Below, piece after piece: positions 9,081 through 18,846 of a stretch of 64,000 nt of DNA (position 1 is its first letter; every line of letters begins with the position of its first letter). Where the stretch lies: the NCBI GenBank assembly GCA_902634135.1, contig CACPJB010000001.1, positions 100,106 through 164,105 of the forward strand, read 5' to 3'. A program made the position numbers and the translations under genes. The notes below the pieces were generated by a model, which did not search any database, was not told where the DNA came from, and saw only the letters and a list, made by a program, of their open reading frames with translations. Source of the DNA: an uncultured Marinoscillum sp. (lineage in GTDB: Bacteria; Bacteroidota; Bacteroidia; Cytophagales; MED-G16).

Positions 9081-11597
9081 TTAATTTCCAAATATTCCAC
9101 TTCCTCCTTCAAATTCTGAAGAATCAAAATTACCTCTTTCTGCACTTCTCCTTTTATTCTGATTAATTCTATATTGAAGTGATAACCTAAATTCTTGAGT
9201 TCGTCTCCAAGCATATTCTCCAATTGTAAAATAATTATCTTGTGGCTTTCCACCTCTTTCGTACCTTCTTATTCTTGTTTTCATTAGGTCTCTCACAGTA
9301 AAGCTTATTGTTCCTTTTTTATTTTTAAATATATCCTTAGAAAGACTCAAATCAATTCCATATGAGGATAGATTTTTTCCTTGAGGTGAATCAGATGGCC
9401 CTCTATAATCAAATGTTACTTGTCCTTCAAGGTTATTATTAAACATTTTTATATTATTGCTAATACGCGTTCTCCAACTATAATCTTTAGAGTAAAAGTT
9501 TTGATTTTTATATTCACCTTCTGTTTCAGAATTAAAGAAATTAAAAGATCCAGTTGTTCTAAAATTTTTAGAAAACTCAACTGATCCATTCAATTCAATT
9601 CCGTATGCATTAGTATAACCTAAATTAACTGGTTTAAAAACAGAATATCCTTCATCATTAACATCAAAAATTCTTTCTATTTCATCTTCCGTATGCCTAT
9701 AATAACTACCGATGTATATGTTGCCTGAATTAAATTCTTTTAAAAATCCCAATTCATATGAGTCTGTCAATTCTGGTTCTAAAAATGGGTTTCCTTCAAA
9801 ATTAAATCTCCCATCACTTAATCCCCAAAATGGATTTAGGTCCCAAAATCTTGGTCTTCTTAGTCTTTTACTATAACTAAGTTGGAAAGATGTATTTTTA
9901 GATATTTCATATGTTATGAATGCTGATGGAAACCAATTTGAATATTTTAGACTAGTTTCTTGGCTATCACTCTCCATATTAGCATAAAAGTCTGTATCCT
10001 CAAACCTTATGCCAAGTTGGTAGGAAAGGTTTCCTGATTTATTTCCAGCTTGTAAATAGAAAGCATTAACGTCTTGATAATAATCATAATTATTTGAAGG
10101 TGGAATATTAATCCAATTATTATCAAATAATTGTTCAGCATAATAATCGCTAGCCATCTCATCATAATCTCTTTTATATCCTAATTCTATTTTACCATTA
10201 TTTTTATTGAATGGGTATGTATAGTCTAATCTTATGTTTTGATCATATCTTGAACCTTCTTGGAAAGATCTTTGTTCTTGCCTTGGTTCATTATAATTGC
10301 TGCTATTTTCAGAATCATTATCACTCCATGAATAATCTAACTTTAAATTATGTCCCCTTTTCTTAAAATTCTTAGTATATGAAAAACTATAGCTAATATT
10401 ATTGCTTAAATCATCAGAGGTTTCAATTCTATTATTTCTTGCAATTTCATTGTCTAGTATATCGTAATCAATATAACTATTATTCTCTTCAGAATTTCTA
10501 TCACTATATCTAGAACCGAATGAAAAAGTAAATATGTTATTTTTATTAGGGAAAAAAGATATTCCAGCTCTCCCACCAAATGACAAGCTATTATTTAAAT
10601 TATTTCTATCAATATATGAGGAGTATGTTGTATCAGATAGAAAATAATCAGAATCACTAAAACCTCCACCTTTAGTTTCTCTTTGATTTAAACTTACAGA
10701 GGCAAATACTGAAAACTTAGATTTTCTATAATTAAAATTTGTCGATATACCATTTTGTGTTGGATATCCAGTATTTAAATTAATAGATCCATTTAAACCT
10801 TTAAGTCTTTCTTTTTTTAATATAATATTCAATATGCCAGAAGATCCTTCTGCACTGTATCTTGATGATGGGTTTGTTATAATTTCAACTTTATCAATTT
10901 CACTACCCTGTAATTGTTTAAAAGCATTAGGTCCATCAAATCCCATCATACTTGCTGGTTTACCATCTATAAGAATTCTAACACTCTGAGAACCTCTTAA
11001 ACTTATATTTCCTTCAATATCTAGATCTATAGACGGAATATTTTCTAAAATTTCTTCTGCAGTACCGCCTTTGTTGCTCAAGTCTTTGCCAACATTAAAT
11101 ACTCTTTTATCTAATTTTAATTCAAGACTACTTTTTTCAGCTCTTACAGTAACTTCACTAAGTGCAGTTGCATCAGATTCTAATTCAATATCACCTAAAT
11201 CAATTTCTCTGTTATCTCTAGAAAATGGCAGATTAATAATTTTAGTTTTATATCCAATATAAGTAACTTCAGCTACTAATGACATTCCAAGACCTTTAGA
11301 TGATATATTTCTTTCAGCTCTTATTTTTTCCATCATCTTTTTAGAATCTATTTCTATTTTAAATTTTCCATTATCATCTGAAATACCTCCAGAAACTAAT
11401 ATAGAATCAACTGTATTTATTGAAACAGTTGCATAAGATAAAGCATCTCCAGATTCTAAATCCTTTAGTTTTCCTTTTAAAATCATAGGGGGTATTTGAA
11501 TATTTTGGGATCCAGATCCTCTGCTCCATTGTGATCTTTCCTGTGAAGAAAGATCTAATGAAAAAAACATTATAATAAATAAAAGTAAATTCTTCAT
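9081..11597 (-). CDS. TonB-dependent-receptor-like outer membrane beta-barrel protein with N-terminal carboxypeptidase-regulatory-like domain
   Basis: 838 aa with signal peptide MKNLLLFIIMFFSLDLSS/Q. It has a CarbopepD_reg-like segment (LKGKLKD..SGDALSYATVSI...DDNGKFKIEI) and long alternating beta-strand sequence rich in Y/F/N/S. Confidence 0.75.
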   Translation of the reverse strand: MKNLLLFIIMFFSLDLSSQERSQWSRGSGSQNIQIPPMILKGKLKDLESGDALSYATVSINTVDSILVSGGISDDNGKFKIEIDSKKMMEKIRAERNISSKGLGMSLVAEVTYIGYKTKIINLPFSRDNREIDLGDIELESDATALSEVTVRAEKSSLELKLDKRVFNVGKDLSNKGGTAEEILENIPSIDLDIEGNISLRGSQSVRILIDGKPASMMGFDGPNAFKQLQGSEIDKVEIITNPSSRYSAEGSSGILNIILKKERLKGLNGSINLNTGYPTQNGISTNFNYRKSKFSVFASVSLNQRETKGGGFSDSDYFLSDTTYSSYIDRNNLNNSLSFGGRAGISFFPNKNNIFTFSFGSRYSDRNSEENNSYIDYDILDNEIARNNRIETSDDLSNNISYSFSYTKNFKKRGHNLKLDYSWSDNDSENSSNYNEPRQEQRSFQEGSRYDQNIRLDYTYPFNKNNGKIELGYKRDYDEMASDYYAEQLFDNNWINIPPSNNYDYYQDVNAFYLQAGNKSGNLSYQLGIRFEDTDFYANMESDSQETSLKYSNWFPSAFITYEISKNTSFQLSYSKRLRRPRFWDLNPFWGLSDGRFNFEGNPFLEPELTDSYELGFLKEFNSGNIYIGSYYRHTEDEIERIFDVNDEGYSVFKPVNLGYTNAYGIELNGSVEFSKNFRTTGSFNFFNSETEGEYKNQNFYSKDYSWRTRISNNIKMFNNNLEGQVTFDYRGPSDSPQGKNLSSYGIDLSLSKDIFKNKKGTISFTVRDLMKTRIRRYERGGKPQDNYFTIGEYAWRRTQEFRLSLQYRINQNKRRSAERGNFDSSEFEGGSGIFGN

Positions 11598-11644
11598 TTG
11601 AGTTTATACGATGTTAGATGTCAATTGTTTTTAAAACTTGTTTA

Positions 11645-12955
11645 TTACCCAAATATGCTAACTAATAATAAAATAAAGCAAAATGTTCCTAAACTTTGAA
11701 AAATTGTCATTAGGCTAAAATATTTTAACCCATTTGGTAAACTTAATTTTGATTTTTTAATAACAATCCAAAAATATGAATCATTTACATGAGATATCAT
11801 CATTGATCCAGTACCTATTGACAAAATAATCATTGATAATTCAAATAAATCAAATCCAAAATTGTTTACAATGGGGAACAATATTGAACTTACTATAATT
11901 ATTGATGAAGTACTTGAACCTTGAGAAGTTTTAATAAGTGAACTACATAAAAAACTGATTATGCATACATAAATCAAACTATTAGTTTGAATATTTACAA
12001 GACTTGGTAGTAACTCTGTTAATTCAGAATTTTTAATGATATTTCCAAACGCTGAACCCATTGATGTTAATAAAATAATTGGTAAAAAATCATAAAATGA
12101 ATTTTTAAATATTTTAATATCATCCCTTTCATTTCTAGGAATAAAATATGAAAGTAATACCCCTAAAAATAAAGCAGTAATTGGATTACCTATAAATTTG
12201 ATGTAATCATATATAAAAAATAATTGATCTTTAGATACTAAGTTTGTTAAGGTATTTAAGCTTATTAATAATAATGGAACAATTATACTTAGATAAGCTA
12301 AATTATGAGGCTTATCTAAATTTCTTACCTTATTTGAATCTATAAAATTATGATTACTAATTAAATTTTTTGCAAAAAAGAAAGAAATTAAAGATGATGG
12401 TATAGAAACAATAATTCCAAGAGTCATAATAGTTCCAATTTTATCAATAAGATTAAAGTTATTTATAGCTGCCATTGGTCCAGGTGTTGGTGGTATTAAG
12501 TTATGTGAAGCATAAAGACCACCTGATAGGGAAAGATTAAGACTATTTAAAGATAATGCTGAAGAAGATGCAATTGATTTTGATATTCCATTTAAAATTA
12601 AAAATGCAGAATCGCAAAAAACAACTGTTCCTATAAATAAACCAAGAAAATTCAATGATAATAATGATTTATTTTTTAAGTTTATTAATATTAAATTTCC
12701 AAAATTTTTAATCGAGTTACTTTCTTTTAGTAGTTGACCAATTATGCAACTAAATAAAATAATTAATCCAATTCCTTTTATTGAATTCCAAATACCCTCT
12801 ATTATTAAATATATTACTCTAAAAAATTCCATTTTAAGAATTAATCCTAGGAAAATAGAACCAATAATTAAACTTGCAGCGGGATATATTTTAAATCTTG
12901 ATGTTAGTAATATTATTAATAAAACAGATATTATTAGATATAGAAAAACGATCAT
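11645..12955 (-). CDS. GntP-family permease (substrate unknown)
   Basis: 436 aa, polytopic. The conserved motif HNLIPPTPGPMA is typical of the GntP/DsdX family. ATGA overlap with the pyrB stop. Confidence 0.7.
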   Translation of the reverse strand: MIVFLYLIISVLLIILLTSRFKIYPAASLIIGSIFLGLILKMEFFRVIYLIIEGIWNSIKGIGLIILFSCIIGQLLKESNSIKNFGNLILINLKNKSLLSLNFLGLFIGTVVFCDSAFLILNGISKSIASSSALSLNSLNLSLSGGLYASHNLIPPTPGPMAAINNFNLIDKIGTIMTLGIIVSIPSSLISFFFAKNLISNHNFIDSNKVRNLDKPHNLAYLSIIVPLLLISLNTLTNLVSKDQLFFIYDYIKFIGNPITALFLGVLLSYFIPRNERDDIKIFKNSFYDFLPIILLTSMGSAFGNIIKNSELTELLPSLVNIQTNSLIYVCIISFLCSSLIKTSQGSSTSSIIIVSSILFPIVNNFGFDLFELSMIILSIGTGSMMISHVNDSYFWIVIKKSKLSLPNGLKYFSLMTIFQSLGTFCFILLLVSIFG

Positions 12956-13881
12956 TGAAGCTTATTAAGAGAGAGTAAATACATTACAGCCATTCTAATT
13001 GCAACTCCATTTTCAACTTGCTCTAGTATCAAAGAATTATTTGAATCTGCAATGTCACTACTTATTTCAACTCCTCTATTTATTGGTCCAGGGTGCATAA
13101 TTATTATATCTCTATCAATTTTATCCAATAATTTTTTATTGATCCCAAAATATTGACTATACTCCCTCAAAGAAGGAAATTTATTACTTCCCTGTCTTTC
13201 TAATTGAATTCTTAAAACGTTTGCAACATTACACCATCTAAGAGCATTCTCTACATTATTTTCAATTAATACATTCAAAGAACTGATATGTTTAGGTATT
13301 AGAGTACTTGGCCCACATATCATAACTTTTGCTCCTAGTTTTTGAAGAGCATATATATTAGAAATTGCTACTCTTGAATGTAAAATATCTCCAATAATAG
13401 CAATTTTTTTATTTTTTATGTTACCCAACCTCTCTTTAATAGTATAAGAGTCTAGAAGAGCTTGAGTAGGGTGCTCATGAGTTCCATCCCCTGCATTTAT
13501 AACTGATGCTTTAATATTTTTAGATATAAAATGAGGGGCTCCTGGATCAGGATGTCTCATTACAATCATATCAACTTTCATGACTAAAATATTATTAATT
13601 GTATCTAGAAGAGATTCCCCTTTTTTAATAGAACTTAATGAAGATGAAAAATTAATTATGTCTGCAGATAATCTTTTTTGAGCTAATTCAAAAGATAATT
13701 TAGTTCTAGTACTATTTTCAAAAAAGACATTAGCTATTGTCATATGCCTTAAAGAAGGAACTTTTTTAATTGGTCTTTGTAAAACTTCCTTAAATTTGTC
13801 AGCTGTTTCAAAAATTAAATTCATTTCTTCAACAGTTAAGTCTTTAATACCTAATAAGTCTTTTGATAATAATTTTTCCAT
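12952..13881 (-). CDS. pyrB: Aspartate carbamoyltransferase catalytic subunit
   Basis: Motifs FFENSTRTKLSFE, HPTQALLD and MHPGPINRG; 309 aa. Confidence 0.95.
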   Translation of the reverse strand: MEKLLSKDLLGIKDLTVEEMNLIFETADKFKEVLQRPIKKVPSLRHMTIANVFFENSTRTKLSFELAQKRLSADIINFSSSLSSIKKGESLLDTINNILVMKVDMIVMRHPDPGAPHFISKNIKASVINAGDGTHEHPTQALLDSYTIKERLGNIKNKKIAIIGDILHSRVAISNIYALQKLGAKVMICGPSTLIPKHISSLNVLIENNVENALRWCNVANVLRIQLERQGSNKFPSLREYSQYFGINKKLLDKIDRDIIIMHPGPINRGVEISSDIADSNNSLILEQVENGVAIRMAVMYLLSLNKLQ

Positions 13882-14421
13882 TTATTTATTAATTATCCAA
13901 ATATTATCTTTTTCAAACCCTTGCTCTGCTAATTTAACTTCAATTCTGTCTGATGTTATCGTATTAATTTTAATTCCACAATATGTCGGTTCTACCGGTA
14001 TATCTCTACTATATTTTCTATCAACTAAAACTAATAACTCTATTTTTTTTGGTCTTCCAAAGTTCATAATCCCATCCATTGCTGATCTTACTGTTCTTCC
14101 AGTAAATAATACATCATCAATTATCACTACATTTTTTCCATCTACTAAAAAAGGAATTAATGTTTCTCTAGCTCTTGGAATTTCATTTGATCTAAAGTCG
14201 TCTCTATAAAAGGTTGTATCTAAAACACCGGTTTTTATCTCTTTTTTTAAGAGATTATTTATTTTTTTTTTAATTCTATCGAGAAAAAAAATTCCTCTAG
14301 GTTGAAGACCAATTAGAACTGTATTATCAAAAGTTTTATGATTTTCTATTAATTGATGACATAAACGATTGATTGTTATTTCAAGTCTTTCTTCATTGAA
14401 CAACCTAGATTTATTTGTCAT
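13882..14421 (-). CDS. pyrR: Bifunctional pyrimidine regulatory protein / uracil phosphoribosyltransferase PyrR
   Basis: 179 aa with PRPP-binding motif VVIIDDVLFTGRTVRSAMD. The stop codon directly abuts the pyrB ATG. Confidence 0.9.
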   Translation of the reverse strand: MTNKSRLFNEERLEITINRLCHQLIENHKTFDNTVLIGLQPRGIFFLDRIKKKINNLLKKEIKTGVLDTTFYRDDFRSNEIPRARETLIPFLVDGKNVVIIDDVLFTGRTVRSAMDGIMNFGRPKKIELLVLVDRKYSRDIPVEPTYCGIKINTITSDRIEVKLAEQGFEKDNIWIINK

Positions 14422-14428
14422 TTATTTG

Positions 14429-14436
14429 CAAATATA
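14429..14436 (-). promoter_or_regulatory. Candidate Bacteroidetes -7 promoter box (TATATTTG) for pyrR
   Basis: Exact match to the TAnnTTTG consensus on the minus strand, 7 nt upstream of the pyrR ATG. Confidence 0.4.
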
Positions 14437-14465
14437 ATTTGTATTTAATAATAAGTAAGAATCTA

Positions 14466-16073
14466 TTAATTAATTTCATAATTAGATATAAAAAAAACTC
14501 TATCATTAGAAACTTTATTTGTATTTCTTTTTTTTATTTTTTGAATTCCATATGACAAGTAATTATTATTATACCAATGTATTGTGCCTTCAGGATTGGT
14601 TTCATTAGTTAATACTATAAACTCTTTTTCTGAATTTAAATCTAATACTGCTTTATCCATTTTATCTTTATTAAATAATTCTTTCTTTGATAATGTTATT
14701 TTTCCTTTATTAACATAAAAATCAATTATTTGATCATTTTTAAGAATATAATTTTTATAAGGCTTTTTATAAAAGGTATTTAAATCATTAATCTTATTGA
14801 TTGATGCCCATTTAATATTAGCACTTAAATCTAATATTAAATAAACACTTATATCATGAGAAAATCCCGCAAATTTTGGATTAATTTTATTATCATACCT
14901 TCCAGAATAAGAATTATAAAATGGCATATAAGAATAATTACTAAATCCATCATTAGTAAAGTTTGCTTTCAAAGTTTCAAATGCAAAGTGGATTTCGTCA
15001 TTTAAAATAAATAAAGTATCAATAAAGAATTCATATCCTAATTTTATGTTTTCAATATTTTTATTTTTAATTTTTTTTTGAAAAATTTTATTTTCATTAC
15101 TGAAAAAATTAATCAAATCAGGTATTTGTAAAAAGTTTATCTCCTTATTCTTAGACAATGAATCTTTATTTAATATATCAATTTGAAATCCATTTGCTTC
15201 ATTAGAATTTTTTTTTCCTACTAAAGAAACATAATAATCACTATCATTATGAGATAATAATTTTGAATGAATTACACTCTTATTAGATGATTGAATAACA
15301 TATTTATTTAAACTTTTGTTATTTAATGTGTAATCTTTTCTTTCTATAACTTTAAAATTATTTTCATCTGCTTTTGATAAAAGTACATAGAAAGATGAAA
15401 GTTGACTTTTATAAATATTTATAATTTCATTATCATAGTATAAATATTCATATATATTATTTAATTGCCCTGAAATTGTATTATAAATACTAACTAGATT
15501 TTTTCCATTTTTTAAATTACTTAATAGTATGATTTTTTCATCAATAAATAAGATATTTCTTATAGATAAACTAAGTGGTAATTTAATTTCTTTTATTATA
15601 AAGGAATTAGATAATGTATTATATCTTATAAATAAATACTCCTTTTCATTCGAATAATTTTTTTTGAAAAACAAATTATAATTGTTTTTATCTGAGGATA
15701 TTTTTATAACTGTATATGATCTGTCTAATGAAATAGTAGTATCATTGATTAGATTTAGCTCTTTATTGTATAATTTAAAAATCCAATTTAAATATTTGCC
15801 ATTTTCAACATCTTTTAATATTAAAAAGTTTAGTTTATTTTCTTTTACCCAAAAATTTCTATCTAAATCTTGTATTTTAAATTCAATTCTTTTTTTTTGA
15901 TAAACTATACTATCTAAATTACTTTGACCTATTAAATTTAAATTTGAAAAAATAAAAACAAACAGAATGAAAATTTTAGTAATTAGATTTTCTTCATTGG
16001 GGGATGTAGTTTTATCTACACCAGTTCCTAGGTTATTAAAAAATAAATTTCCAAAATCAGAAATACATTTCAT
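14466..16073 (-). CDS. Hypothetical secreted protein (535 aa), start codon uncertain
   Basis: A long ORF in a very AT-rich stretch. A signal-peptide-like segment KIFILFVFIFSNLNLIG/Q begins only at residue 33. The first 35 codons are antisense to the GT9 gene's 5' end. I recognise no family. Confidence 0.5.
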   Translation of the reverse strand: MKCISDFGNLFFNNLGTGVDKTTSPNEENLITKIFILFVFIFSNLNLIGQSNLDSIVYQKKRIEFKIQDLDRNFWVKENKLNFLILKDVENGKYLNWIFKLYNKELNLINDTTISLDRSYTVIKISSDKNNYNLFFKKNYSNEKEYLFIRYNTLSNSFIIKEIKLPLSLSIRNILFIDEKIILLSNLKNGKNLVSIYNTISGQLNNIYEYLYYDNEIINIYKSQLSSFYVLLSKADENNFKVIERKDYTLNNKSLNKYVIQSSNKSVIHSKLLSHNDSDYYVSLVGKKNSNEANGFQIDILNKDSLSKNKEINFLQIPDLINFFSNENKIFQKKIKNKNIENIKLGYEFFIDTLFILNDEIHFAFETLKANFTNDGFSNYSYMPFYNSYSGRYDNKINPKFAGFSHDISVYLILDLSANIKWASINKINDLNTFYKKPYKNYILKNDQIIDFYVNKGKITLSKKELFNKDKMDKAVLDLNSEKEFIVLTNETNPEGTIHWYNNNYLSYGIQKIKKRNTNKVSNDRVFFISNYEIN

Positions 16074-16956
16074 TACAAAAAAAGAATTTAGCTCAATTTA
16101 CTTTAACAATAAAAATGTTGATAAGGTAATAGAATTTAATAATAAATTATATCAAACATTATTTAAATTAAAAAAAGAAAATTATGATTTAATAGTTGAT
16201 TTGCATAATAATTTAAGATCTAATTTTCTAAAATTTTTTTTAATGAAATCTAGCTATACTTATGATAAACAGGTAATTAAAAGGTGGTTATATACTAATT
16301 TTAAAATATTAACAAAAATTAATCATATATCAGATTCATATATAAATACATTGTCAAATTTAGGTATAGAGAATGATCAAAAGGGTTTAGATTTTAAATT
16401 AGATTATGAAGAATTTCAAAAAGTAAAAGATCTTTCAATTAATTTTAATAATTATTCTGCACTTGTTATTGGGGCAAAACATTATACTAAACGATTACCA
16501 TTTAAAAAATTAATTGAATTATGTGATAAAATTAATGGTGATGTTGTTTTAATTGGAGGAAAAGATGAAGTTAAAGTTGCAAAAAAAATAGAAAATTTTT
16601 TTAGTTCCTCTGGTGATAAAGATGATAAGATTAAAAATAAACTAAATAAAAAAACAACTATATACAATTTGTGTGGAAAACTTTCAATTCAAGGCTCAGC
16701 AAGTGTAATTAAATTATCAAAACAGGTTTTTTCACATGATACAGGTTTTATGCATATAGCAGCTGCTTTAAATAAAAAAATATTTGCTGTTTTTGGATCT
16801 ACTCATCATAATTTGGGATTTTATCCTTATAAAACCTCTTTTGCGGTTATAGAAAATAAAAACTTAGAATGTCGACCATGTACTAAAATTGGATTGTCAA
16901 AATGTCCTGTTAACCATTTTAAGTGTATGAATGAAATTAAATTTGATATTATATAA
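15967..16956 (+). CDS. Glycosyltransferase family 9 (heptosyltransferase-like)
   Basis: Canonical GT9 N-terminus MKILVIRFSSLGDVVLSTP and C-terminal SHDTGFMHIAAAL. Confidence 0.8.
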   Translation: MKILVIRFSSLGDVVLSTPVPRLLKNKFPKSEIHFITKKEFSSIYFNNKNVDKVIEFNNKLYQTLFKLKKENYDLIVDLHNNLRSNFLKFFLMKSSYTYDKQVIKRWLYTNFKILTKINHISDSYINTLSNLGIENDQKGLDFKLDYEEFQKVKDLSINFNNYSALVIGAKHYTKRLPFKKLIELCDKINGDVVLIGGKDEVKVAKKIENFFSSSGDKDDKIKNKLNKKTTIYNLCGKLSIQGSASVIKLSKQVFSHDTGFMHIAAALNKKIFAVFGSTHHNLGFYPYKTSFAVIENKNLECRPCTKIGLSKCPVNHFKCMNEIKFDII

Positions 16957-16958
16957 TT

Positions 16959-17456
16959 ATGAAAAAATTGATAATAATAAGGCATTGTAAATCTAGTTGG
17001 TTAGACCCCTCATTAAGTGATTATGAAAGGCCTCTTAATAAAAGAGGTAGGAATGATGGATATAAAATGTCAAATGAATTATCAAAAAAAATTAAACATG
17101 TGGATTTATTAATATCTAGTTCATCTAAAAGGACGAAATTAACATCAAACATTTTTATTGATAAAATTAATATTAATGAAATAGAATATAGAGATGATTT
17201 TTATCACTCAAGTTCTGAAAATATAATTTCTATTCTAGAAAAAATTAATAATTCATTCAAATCAGTTATCATAATCGGACATAATCCTGGTTTTACTGAT
17301 TTAGTTAATAAATTAACAAATATTAATTTATTCAATCTTCCAACAACTGGTGTTGTTATTGTTAATCTTAACATTAAAAATTGGGATCAGATATTAACAA
17401 AAAATACTGGATATGAAATAAGTTGGATTAAATTTCCTAAAGAATTAAAGTTATAA
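16959..17456 (+). CDS. sixA: Histidine phosphatase family protein (SixA-like phosphohistidine phosphatase)
   Basis: 165 aa with catalytic motif IIRHCKS, ERPLNKRGRND and GHNPG. Confidence 0.65.
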   Translation: MKKLIIIRHCKSSWLDPSLSDYERPLNKRGRNDGYKMSNELSKKIKHVDLLISSSSKRTKLTSNIFIDKININEIEYRDDFYHSSSENIISILEKINNSFKSVIIIGHNPGFTDLVNKLTNINLFNLPTTGVVIVNLNIKNWDQILTKNTGYEISWIKFPKELKL

Positions 17457-18836
17457 TATATATTCGCTAAGATCTTTATTTTGAGTTATTGAGTCTAATT
17501 TCTCCTCAACCATTTTCTTAGTTATAACAATTTTTGCGTTTGGACCTATCTTTTCAGGGATATCAAATAATATTTCATTTAATAATTTACTCATAACAGT
17601 ATGTAATCTTCTTGCTCCAATATTTTCAATTTCAGAATTAATAATAAATGCTTTATGAGAAATTTCCTCAAGAGCATCTTTATTGAAAATTATTTCAACA
17701 TTTTCTGATTTAATTAAAGCTTTATATTGTTTTGTTAATGAATTTTTAGGTTCAGATAAAATTTTTAGAAAGTCCTCTTGAGTCAAATTGTCTAATTCAA
17801 CTCTAATTGGAAACCTCCCTTGTAATTCAGGGATTAAATCAGATGGTTTAGATAAGTGAAATGCTCCAGCTGCAATAAATAAAATATGATCTGTTTTAAT
17901 TATCCCATATTTAGTTGTTACTGATGTTCCTTCCACAATCGGTAGTAAATCTCTTTGAACTCCCTCTCTACTTACATCTGGTCCACTTCCTTTATTTGAA
18001 TTGCCACTTATTTTATCAATCTCATCAATAAAAATGATACCAGTATTTTCAGCTTTTTTAATAGCTTCTTCTTTCACCTCATCCATATCAATTAATTTAG
18101 ATACTTCAGATTCTAAAAGTATTTTTTTTGCTTCCCCAATTGAAACTTTTCTTTTTTTATTTCTTTTAGGCATCATATTGCTTATCATATCTTGAAGATT
18201 GATCATAGATGATTCATCCATCATTCCACCACCAACCATTCCAATTCCAGAATTTGAAGGTTTTTGAACTACTATCTCAATTTTTCTATTATCTAATTCA
18301 CCACCATTAATTTTTTCTTTAAATTTTTCTCTAGTTTTTTCATTAATTTCTTTATCCTGGTTATTACTATTTTTTTCTAGACTTAAATTAATATTAGATT
18401 GTACTTTATTAATAGGTGGAATAAGAATGTCAAGGATTATATTATTAACACTTTCTTGAGCCTTTAATTTAACTTCTTCTTTCTTTATTGTCTTAACAAG
18501 ATTGACTGATTGCTCAACAAGATCTCGAACCATACTTTCTACATCTCTTCCAACATAACCCACTTCAGTAAATTTTGAAGCTTCTACTTTAGTAAATGGA
18601 GCGTCAGAGAGTTTAGCAAGTCTTCTGGCAATTTCAGTTTTCCCAACTCCAGTTGCACCAATCATTAGAATATTATTAGGAATAATTTCATTTCTAATCT
18701 CATCCTCGACATTCATTCTCCTCCATCTATTTCTTAATGCTATTGCCACATTTCTTTTTGCTTCAGCTTGTCCAATTATATATTTATCTAACTCACTTAC
18801 TATTTCTTGAGGTGTCATATTTTTAATTTTTTGCAT
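17451..18836 (-). CDS. hslU: ATP-dependent protease ATPase subunit HslU
   Basis: N-terminus TPQEIVSELDKYIIGQAEAKRNVAIALRNRWRR, Walker A GATGVGKTEIARRLA, an inserted I-domain, and C-terminal tail DLSEYIL. Confidence 0.95.
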   Translation of the reverse strand: MQKIKNMTPQEIVSELDKYIIGQAEAKRNVAIALRNRWRRMNVEDEIRNEIIPNNILMIGATGVGKTEIARRLAKLSDAPFTKVEASKFTEVGYVGRDVESMVRDLVEQSVNLVKTIKKEEVKLKAQESVNNIILDILIPPINKVQSNINLSLEKNSNNQDKEINEKTREKFKEKINGGELDNRKIEIVVQKPSNSGIGMVGGGMMDESSMINLQDMISNMMPKRNKKRKVSIGEAKKILLESEVSKLIDMDEVKEEAIKKAENTGIIFIDEIDKISGNSNKGSGPDVSREGVQRDLLPIVEGTSVTTKYGIIKTDHILFIAAGAFHLSKPSDLIPELQGRFPIRVELDNLTQEDFLKILSEPKNSLTKQYKALIKSENVEIIFNKDALEEISHKAFIINSEIENIGARRLHTVMSKLLNEILFDIPEKIGPNAKIVITKKMVEEKLDSITQNKDLSEYIL

Positions 18837-18846
18837 TTTTAAAAAT

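Noticed and set aside
9053-9253. 66-aa minus-strand ORF overlapping the 3' end of the outer-membrane receptor gene.
   Set aside because: It is out of frame within the 838-aa receptor ORF and has no independent support.
13796-14209. 137-aa plus-strand ORF antisense to the pyrB/pyrR junction. Similar antisense ORFs occur at 1671-1934, 2430-2666, 3561-3755, 7173-7421, 11071-11262, 12744-12968, 15682-15900, 16482-16667, 18001-18195, 20526-20831, 21197-21385, 29584-29781, 30409-30630, 31134-31331, 37602-37934, 43165-43374, 45059-45304, 53255-53548 and 53985-54245.
   Set aside because: Each lies entirely within, and antisense to, a well-supported conserved gene. Their products are low-complexity S/I/L/F-rich strings with no recognisable motifs. 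They are most simply shadow ORFs.
14422-14465. PyrR-dependent attenuator or leader upstream of pyrR.
   Set aside because: The gap is 44 bp with no hairpin and no UCCAGAGAGG-like loop, and the promoter box sits 7 nt from the ATG.
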